DNA from: Macrostomum lignano
Lineage: Eukaryota
Assembly (NCBI GenBank): GCA_002269645.1
Contig: NIVC01000657.1
Coordinates: 124,001-188,000 of the forward strand
DNA length: 64,000 nt
Direction of reading: 5' to 3'
The notes under the pieces: generated by a model
Seen by the model: only the letters and a program-made list of their open reading frames with translations
The model's database searches: none
What the model was told of the DNA's origin: nothing
Shown: positions 36,413 through 45,422 of the stretch, piece after piece
Numbering within the stretch: the stretch's first letter is position 1
Layout: every line of letters starts with the position of its first letter
Translations under genes and position numbers: made by a program

Positions 36413-36780
36413 TAAATATGTACAATTGCTGGCTGACATGGCCAATCTAGCCACTAGGCCTATAAATTATGATAGGCCTAGACCAGGGGTAAGTCGCAAA
36501 AATGCCCATCCAAAAGAATACAGACATACCTAGTACTAATTAGATAGGGCATTTAGCCTTGATAAGATAGGGCTTAGCTTAGTCATAGTTAAGCGGCTAA
36601 GCGGCAGGCTTAGGCCTACTCTTTGACTTCTTGTTTAGGACTAGTTAGGAGTTTTGCTTTAGGTTAGAATTTTTGCTTTAGGGACCTAAGGTTTCTTTCA
36701 TAGGTAAGTCACATTTTTGGTCAATCAAAACATAAGTTGCATGGCCATTGTAAATCAGGGAGGGGGGTTGCACATAGATG
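36413..36780. mobile_element. Decayed MITE (copy C) of the CATACATG-TIR family
   Basis: Retains GGTAAGTCGCAAAAATG, the 28S-like segment and TAGGTAAGTCACATTTTTGG in the same order as copy A; TIRs are degenerate. Confidence 0.75.
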
Positions 36781-38343
36781 GTATAATAACACTTCTCTAT
36801 GGCCTAACATTTCTCTAATTAACTTCAAATTTCAAACTTGTGCAGCCAAATACATTGCTAGAAAACACTTTAAATTAAATACCACTAGGCCTAATATCTT
36901 CTAACCTTGTAAAAAACCTTTACAGCTAAAAATAAAAATTGAACTAGACCTAGTGTGCTAAAATCAGAAAATTCAAAAGGTGTTAAGAATAAGACTTGAT
37001 GTACTGTCTTTAATACTGTAAGCACACTTTAAATGTTCGATAGTTAAATTGAAATAAATAGGACCAAGGCCAAGCCCAAGGGCAAAGATTCAAGGCTACA
37101 GCGTACACGGTCATCATGGTCGCTAATAAGCGCGTTCAAACGTGTCAAACAATTGTTTTAAATGAATTACATTGCCATTACACAAAGTCACAAAGACATC
37201 TATAGCCAAGGACTGATTCTATGAGTTGCATTCTTGAAATCAAAGTGGTAAACCGTGAAAATTAAAAAATCACAAGTTCATAAGCTAAGCCAAGTTCATA
37301 TAATAAAAATAAGTACATTTTTTGAATGCGTGCTGCTCAATTTTTTTGTTTAGTATTTTTTATTAAAAGTAAAACATGTTTCCATTTTTTATTTATTTGT
37401 TTGCTAGTACCTTGATTTTTGTTAAATACTTAAATAGGTTTTGTTAAAGTGTGCTTAAATTATAAATATTTAAATTGTGTTTTCCACTCCAACTGGTGGA
37501 ACGGACTTCATGTGCAAAGTTCACCGTGAGCTGTTTGGTCAGTAGTAATTTAGGAAATAAATCACGAATGTTGTGAACTAGGAGGAACATGATCTAGTCA
37601 ACTAATTAGTTGTCCAACTACTTGTTTATCTGAAGGAAGGCATGGAGCCGAATATGTATTGCCTGTTTAGTTGATATACATGTATGTACATGCAAGTATA
37701 TTACTTTGTAACTCTGCAACTTTTTTGTCTTTATATAGACTATTCTGGCAGCTGTACATTTTGATACAAGTAAATGATATGGATACATACGAATGTCAGT
37801 GAATTGTTGATTAAAGTTTTAGTTTTTTGATTGATGAAATATTTACCCAGTGGATATTTTTGAGTGCTCAGCTGTTCTGATAAACCTGACATGTAAGAAC
37901 TTCAAAGCACAGACCAAAAGAAAACATACATGTACGAGTAGCTACATATAGTAACTTTACGCTCAAACCGAATGATGTAGAAATAGTGCTTTTAGAACCT
38001 GGATAATACAGTACGAGTACATGTAAATTAAGATTTTTAATCTTATTTAAGATAGGCCCTTGAACGAGCGTACACTGTAAGTCGTATTGAAGTATGCATT
38101 ACATTTTTTGATTTCGCAACCTGCCAATCAAGTGACACAATACTGGCAAGTAAGGAAGTTAACGTTAGTAAAAATGCTGATAATGTAAATGCCTAACTAG
38201 TGTATTTAGCTTCATCATTGAAACTTATAAATAACGTTATACATAGCTACCACACAGACGCATTACATGAACCTGATGTTTAACAACATTAAAATAAATA
38301 AAAAGCAACAAACAAACCGCTAAGTTAAAATTAATAGCAACCA

Positions 38344-41300
38344 TCACTGCCCAGAGGTAAGAGTTACCAGTAGATCTTCAGCATCATCTGGCAGAGGCGG
38401 CAACAGAGGCTGCTGTTGCTGCTGCTGGGTTGGTATTAAATTCGAAGCCAATTCTTCATCATCAACATCTTCGTCGTCTTCCTCATCCAAATCGTCATCG
38501 TCGCCCTCTTCATCTAGTTCGGCATCGTCAATGGCGGTTTCGTTGGCTGTGGCTGCAGCGGCAGAATCAGCAGCGGTGATGCCAGTCGAAGACGCGGAGG
38601 CGGCGCTGTCAGCGGAGGCGGCCAGGACCGCACGCGGCAGCAAGCGCCTCACGTGCTCTCTGAAAAGCGTCGCGTTTAATATCTTGCATCAATCCGCTAT
38701 AGCTATACTCAGTGCAAAATAGATGAGATTATGCTCAGATTATGCGGATCAGCTTGTGTGAATGTCAACTTAAGCTAAGGACCCGAGTGACTGCACAATC
38801 GATAACTTTCTGGACCCAGTTGACTAGAAACGACGAGACCCGGTCCCTTTCCTTAGTAAGGCCTTAGTATCTAGTCGTTGCCTTGAAGGAGCTTCCATTC
38901 CATGAGTCCCAAGTTAAACATTGAATCCCTTCTTGAGTACTTTCCTTGGGTTCCTAAAGTATTTTGAACTTCATTCCAACGCTTAAATTGACATCCGCTT
39001 TTACAGACTCGAAATTTTGCAAGTGACCTGTAAGACGTCTTTGATGACGTGCAATTCTGAGCGTCAGCAAGGGTATCAACTCGAGACTGGATTTGGCTTA
39101 CTTTTCGGGATAATTGAATTGTTTCTAGTAATCTTCCTTTTCTGGATTCTTACATGGAACTCTGCAGGGTGGATTTTGACCCTAACATCAAACCGAATGT
39201 CTGGATTCTGACCCGGATACCAAACTTAATGTCTGGATTCTGACCCGGACACCAAGCTTAATGTCTAAATTCTGACCCTGACATTAAACCAAATGTCTGG
39301 ATTCTGACCCTGACACCAAACTTAATGTCTGGATTCTGACCCTGACATCAAACCGAATGTCTGGATTCTGACCCGGATACCAAACTTAATGTCTGGATTC
39401 TGACCCGGAAATCAAACCGAATGTCTGGATTCTGACCCGGACACCAAGCTTAATGTCTGGATTCTGACCCGGACACCAAGCTTAATGTCTGGATTCTGAC
39501 CCGGACACCAAACTTAATGTCTGGATTCTGACCCGGACATCAAACCGAATGTCTGGATTCTGACCCTGACATCAAACCGAATGTCTGGATTCTGACCCTG
39601 ACATCAAACCGAATGTCTGGATTCTGACCCTGACATCAAACCGAATGTCTGGATTCTGACCCTGACATCAAACCGAATGTCTGGATTCTGACCCTGACAT
39701 CAAACCGAATGTCTGGATTCTGACCCTGACATCAAACCGAATGTCTGGATTCTGACCTTGACATTTTATCTGCAAGGTACACGTAAAGACGCATAAAGAC
39801 AATCCAACGAAGAATAATATATAAATAAATATGCTACACAACGTTATTCAAAGACTGATAAGTTTACATCGTATTAACATCGTATTACCTGGTCAGCTGT
39901 CGAAATTCTGCCATATTTGACTCCGAGTACCAACCGAAGGTGTCGTGACAAACCGGTTGAATTGGTGCAGCTGCGACGCGTTCGGCAATGGACGGCACGT
40001 GAATGTGGCAGAGCTGCAGGCACAGCTGGCCAACCCGGGGCAGCCGGTCCGGCTCCAGTGAGAACTCCGAACCGGCCGACACCGAGCGGCCGTGACGACG
40101 AATTTGACGTACGCGGACGTCCAGGCACTGGTAGATCGCAGCACCTTCAGACGGGTGATGAGTTGAGACTTCAAGTTGAATTGAAACTGGTCAAAAGTTG
40201 ACAGTAGAAATCTGTTCAGATCCTTCACTTACAGCAGGGATCGGCAAACTTTTTCCCTTCAGGGCCGCATAGAGAACCCAGCGCATGACTGCAGGCCAGA
40301 GGGGGGAGAGGAGAAGGAACAGAAGAAGAGAACTAGGAGAAATGAGAGGTGAGGTAATATAGGAAGAGAGTTGAGAGGAGAGGAGAGAGGAGAGGGGAGG
40401 AGAAAGAGAAGAGAAGGAGAAGAGAGAGGAGTAAAAAGGAGAGGAAAGGAGAAGAGAAAGGTGAGAGAAGAAACAAACTTTGAGCGGGAGGGATTGTGAA
40501 GTTTTAAAGAACCCGAGGGCCGGATGTGGCCCGCGGGCCCGAGTTTGCCGACCCATGACTTACAGGGGGGGGGCATCACAAACCCGAAAAATCACAACTC
40601 CGAAATTGATAGCAACACACATCATAAACCCGAAAAATCATAACTCCGAAATTGATAGCAACACACATCATAAACCCGAAAAATCATAACTCCGAAATTG
40701 ATAGCAACACACATCATAAACCCGAAAAATCATAACTCCGAAATTGATAGCAACACACATCATAAACCCGAAAAATCACAACTCCGAAATTGATAGCAAC
40801 ACACATCATAAACCCGAAAAATCACAACTCCGAAATTGATAGCAACACACATCATAAACCCGAAAAATCACAACTCCGAAATTGATAGCAACACACATCA
40901 TAAACCCGAAAAATCATAACTCCGAAATTGATAGCAACACACATCATAAACCCGAAAAATCACAACTCCGAAATTGATAGCAACACACATCATAAACCCG
41001 AAAAATCACAACTCCGAAATTGATAGCAACACACATCATAAACCCGAAAAATCACAACTCCGAAATTGATAGCAACGCACATGACCAAACTAGTGTTGAA
41101 CATTGCTAGAACTTTCGGAGTTATGATATTTCGGGTTAGTGATATTTTGGGTTTATGATGGAAAGTGCTTTCGGAGGTGTGATTTTTCGGGTTTATGATG
41201 GCGACCACTTACAGGGTCCTTACTAGCTTTCCTAAATGCTTCAGGGGGTCCTCAATTAATCCTTTCAGATCGTTTCCCATCTTACTGTTAGAAGCTACTT

Positions 41301-43542
41301 CTCAAATCTTTTCAATGGTCCCCGCTACCATCAGGTCCTATAATGGACGCTGTTTAGTCACCAGATCCCACCCCAAGAAAACAATGAGAAGCCCACCTGA
41401 CTCAACAATGGGATTATACCCAAAGCGCAGCCACAGATGATGCCAAGGCCCTCTGTACATGTGATAGGCCTTAGCCTTGATCAGCAGTTTAGCCTGGCTC
41501 CTATTAGCAATATCGCGTAGGCAATGAGACACGTAGGCAATCGATATAATGGGAGTTTCAGCTAAAAGCTGGTCTAAACGTTCCAGCACGCGCTGCGATC
41601 GAAGGTCTCTCAGCCTGGTCACTTGGGCTTCAATCTCAGGCGTGGGGCCGGTGGGTGCGCCAGACTTGCGCAGATCCGCCAGAGTGGTCGACACTGTCAG
41701 ACCGCAGCGACTCTTTCTAGTGAACATGCGCGGTCCAGCGACGTCAGGATCGGCAACGGAGGCGGCGGCGGCGGCCGCTTGAGGTCCAGAATCCTCGGGA
41801 TCGAAGCGCATCGGCTCCCAGAGTCGATAGTCGCTTTGCGCGTCCGGCCGCGATAACGGCATAGTGACGAGGTGCAGCGGTACATCATCGCGACAGAACC
41901 AGTCTTCTACCTGGCGGTTTTTGGGGATGAGGGATTAAATTATTTTTGAGCTGATCGGCTCCACTGCGGAAATCCAAATGTGCCATTTTGAAACACGATT
42001 GTGCCATTTTTTAATCCAAATGTGCCATTTTTCCATCAGGGTGTGCCCTTTTTAAATCCACATGTACCATTTTGAAACACGATGTGCCATTTTTAAATCT
42101 AAATGTGCCATTTTGAAACACGATGTACCATTTTTAAATCTAAATGTGCCATTTTGAAACACGATGTGCCATTTTTAAATCTAAATGTGCCATTTTGAAA
42201 CACGATGTACCATTTTTAAATCTAAATGTGCCATTTTGAAACACGATGTGCCATTTTTAAATCTAAATGTGCCATTTTGAAACACGATTGCGCCATTTTT
42301 AAATATAAATGTGCCATTTTGAAACACGATTGCGCCATTTTTAAATCCAAATTTGCCATTTATTCATTAGGGTGTGCCACTTTTAAATCCAAATGTGCCA
42401 TTTTGAAGCACGTTTGTGCCACTTTTAAATCCAAATGTGCCATTTTGAAATCCAAATGTGCCATTTTGAAGCACGTTTGTGCCACTTTTAAATCCAAATG
42501 TGTCATTTTTAAAACGAAAGTGAAAACAACAATAAATCTTGTCACATGAGCACACAGCGCACCTGATCAAACGGTCTCGAAGGTACCAAATCGTCGTACA
42601 GGTCGCGATACTGTTCGAGATTTGGCCCGGACCGAATAAATGTCAGATATTGCAAATCTGCCAGACCATTGAATTCGTAGGTGCAGCCGCTTTGACCAAG
42701 GCATTCGATTTGAAAGCGTTCATCGCCTGTGACTTTGTGCCGCTGTCTGCAGTGAACGGTTTATGCACTCTTTATCAAGGAGGGCTTACAAACCAATGCC
42801 CGCAAAGCCTCTCTATATCCGGCCCTCGGGTTCTTTAAAACTTCACAATCTCTCCCGCTCAAAGCTTGTGTCTCTTCTTAGCTTTCTTCTCTCACCTTTC
42901 TCTTCTTCTCTTCTCTCTTCTCCTCTCCTCCACTCCTCTTCTCTCCTCTCCCTCTTCTCTTCTCTTTTCTTCGCTCCTCTTCACTCGTCTTCTCTTTACT
43001 CCTCTCACTTCTCCTATTTCATCTCCCCTTTCCTCTCCTTTCGTCAACTCTCTTCCTTTATTCCCTCACCTCTCATTTTTCCTAGTTCTCTTCTCTGTCC
43101 CCTCCCCTATTTTTAGCACAATTTAATAAATCTGTTGCTAAAATATTAAAAAAGCAGAAAAATGCAAAATTTTTTGAAAAAAACGAGATAAAGCATGGCA
43201 TGCGCACTATTTAAAAAAGCACTCGAGCTACCCATTGAAAAAAAATTTATAACCGCACCTGACTACTCGCAGTACAAAAGCAGCTCGGCTAGTTACGGGA
43301 TCTGCGACAGCCACTCTAGGCAGAGCATCCTCTGGATTGAATTGCATCTGCAGTCTCAGCTGGTGCTGCTGCTGCTGCTGAAGCCGCTGTTGCTGTTGCT
43401 GCTGCAATTGAGCAGCAAAAGACTCTGCGAGTTTGTCCAGCCCGCCAAGCATCCGGATCGCTCGATCTTCATTGCGAACTATGCCGGGAAATTCCACGGC
43501 TAATAGTTGCCGATTGGATAGGGGCACCTCCTGCTGCTGCGA
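38344..43542 (-). CDS. GTF3C5: TFIIIC subunit 5 (tau95/Tfc1 homologue), 5 exons (43542-43259, 42746-42563, 41910-41397, 40144-39889, 38659-38344); initiator ATG not present in these exons
   Basis: LLAVEFPGIV...MLGG, YEFNGLADLQYL, YRGPWHHLWLRFGYNP, AIYQCLDVRVR, QLCLQLCHI...GW and an acidic C-tail. All introns are GT-AG with consistent phases (2,0,1,2). 517 codons plus Met. Confidence 0.9.
39185..39762. repeat. 32-bp minisatellite (GTF3C5 intron 4)
   Basis: TCTGGATTCTGACCCTGACATCAAACCGAATG units. Confidence 0.93.
40235..40557. mobile_element. 323-bp hAT MITE with a GA-rich core
   Basis: TIRs CAGGGATCGGCAAACT and AGTTTGCCGACCCATG, 8-bp TSD ACTTACAG, and a CGGCCCGCGGGCC-type subterminal motif typical of hAT MITEs. 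Confidence 0.9.
40566..41206. mobile_element. ~640-bp TIR element (Merlin- or Mutator-like) containing a 46-bp tandem array derived from its own end
   Basis: Ends GG..CATCACAAACCCGAAAAATCAC and GTGATTTTTCGGGTTTATGATGGCGACC. TSD ACTTACAG(GG), 8-10 bp. About 11 units of AAACCCGAAAAATCATAACTCCGAAATTGATAGCAACACACATCAT. Confidence 0.8.
41975..42512. repeat. ~20/21-bp dimeric (41-bp) minisatellite (GTF3C5 intron 2)
   Basis: TGTGCCATTTTGAAACACGA and TGTGCCATTTTTAAATCTAAA units. Confidence 0.9.
42780..43115 (+). mobile_element. Degenerate copy of the CT-rich hAT MITE (GTF3C5 intron 1)
   Basis: About 50 nt (ATCCGGCCCTCGGGTTCTTTAAAACTTCACAATCTCTCCCGCTCAAAG) is the near-exact reverse complement of 40476-40525. 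Confidence 0.75.
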
Positions 43543-43759
43543 CTGCAATTACGCAATATATAAATAAAACTGCTTTGCAAAGTTTACTTTCGATACATAT
43601 CGGATCAATCCAAAATTCACGCTCACATAGGGTGTACAGCGGCACTTTGACTTTCCAGTCGTCAGGCATGTACACTTTCAGTGCATTGGGGTTGTTTCTC
43701 GTGGATGTGCATCGCGCTATAACCCTCTTCGGCCAATTTTCGTGTACTAAAAACCCCAA

Positions 43760-43845
43760 ATGAATGCGGCCGCGCACGGAATCGAACCAGGGGCCACGGG
43801 GCGAGAGTAAAAAATTGCGTCTACTGCTGAGCTGAGCTGAGCTAC
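43760..43845 (-). promoter_or_regulatory. tRNA-like Pol III type-2 element: A-box-like segment and perfect B-box
   Basis: GGTTCGATTCC at 43788-43778; A-box/D-arm-like TAGCTCAG...GCTCAGCAGTAGA upstream; a T6 run between the boxes. Related to the 21.7-kb element. Confidence 0.65.
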
Positions 43846-44659
43846 AAACAAAACAAAAAAACGAATACGAAAAATAGCAAAATAAATTAGAAGTTTTACC
43901 CTCTATGCAGGTAAGCCTACCCTTACAACTAGTAGAAGATTCTTAAGAAACACCTATTATAGCCCATCGCAAAAACAAAAAATAACAAAACTTCATTATA
44001 ACATAATTGTGCTCGACCAAAAAAGAGAGAAAATTAGTTTGAACAAAACTCGAGTAAGAAATATTTGAATAATAAGTTTATTTTTATAATAAATTCGTCC
44101 AAGTGCTTAGGGAGTCAAGAACACACGAGTATAAAAGAGTTTTGAGTAACATTATTACAATTTATTTTTTTAAAGTTATTAAAGTTAGACAAATCACAGA
44201 TCAAAAATGGTACACAGCGTAAACTTTAAGTAAAATTGTGGACGGAAAGGAAATCTAAATTTTAAGGTAATTATGTAATGTAATTAGAAGCTCCGCTTCG
44301 CTGTTTTCATTACTCATAATCTTTAGTTGGTATCTGTATAGTTTAAATAACAAATTATTAGACAAAGCTATTAAATAATAACAGAACTCTTTAGATGCTA
44401 GTAAAGATTTACTAGTCAATTATTAACAATTCAGAGTTGTTTGAAAACATTACTGCAATCGTTTCCTTTAGACTTAATTCACTATCTTTTCAATTTCTAA
44501 AGAAGTATAACAAGTTCCTACTTTCAGCTTAGTAGCAGGGAAGCATACGTAAGCTAGTTTATAAAAATAAGGCTGTTAAAACGACTGCGGAGCTTGCAGA
44601 CTTGATGTAAACAATTTGTTAAGGTGCATTAGCCCAGCCTGGTACACTGGGGAAGGCAA

Positions 44660-45072
44660 TAAAAATTGGGTGGCGGGGCGGGGGTAGAGATTTTGTCTTG
44701 AACGGCGCAGTAGGTGGTTCAGTTGGGGGAGGGTTGTAAGAAAAAAACTGGGGGTGGCAGGGCGGGGGTAGAGATTTTGTCTTGAACGGCGCAGTAGGGG
44801 GTTCAGTTGGGGGAGGGTGGTAAGAAAAAAAACTGGGGGTGGCAGGGCGGGGGTAGAGATTTTGTCTTGAACGGCGCAGTAGGGGTTCAGTTGGGGGAGG
44901 GTGGTAAGAAAAAAAACTGGGGGTGGCAGGGCGGGGGTAGAGATTTTGTCTTGAACGGCGCAGTAGGGGGTTCAGTTGGGGGAGGGTGGTAAGAAAAAAA
45001 ACTGGGGGTGGCGGGGCGGGGGTAGAGATTTTGTCTTGAACGGCGCAGTAGGGGGTTCAGTTGGGGGAGGGG
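44660..45072. repeat. ~85-bp G-tract-rich tandem repeat (~5 copies)
   Basis: Each unit has about six runs of 3-5 G; GGCGGGGGTAG recurs at 44761, 44846, 44930 and 45015. Confidence 0.92.
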
Positions 45073-45422
45073 GAGGTAACAGGTCCAGGCTAATAAACGA
45101 GTCCTGTTATAAAATACAATAAAATGTTCATGCTTATTTAACTTTTTACTTCACTGAATTTAAGAGGAACAGCCCGATCGCGCGCCTTTCCCGCTACGTC
45201 CTTCCCGATGCTGCCCTGCAGCTAAAGAACTGAAAGTAGCTTGCTTGCACGCAAATGCGCTGATTGCGCCTAATCTAGTTATTATACATGCACTATTATT
45301 GTCTGGGATCCCCTTCAATGCATGTACAATATACGCATATGATAGTTAAGTTGCAAAAGAAACCAGAGTAGCAAAAAAAGACAACAGTGGTTATATGTGT
45401 AGATAAAAGACACACGAGTCTG

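Noticed and set aside
21715-43845. The elements at 21.7 and 43.8 kb as functional tRNA genes
   Set aside because: No complete acceptor stem or anticodon arm; the 43.8-kb copy has an internal T6 run.
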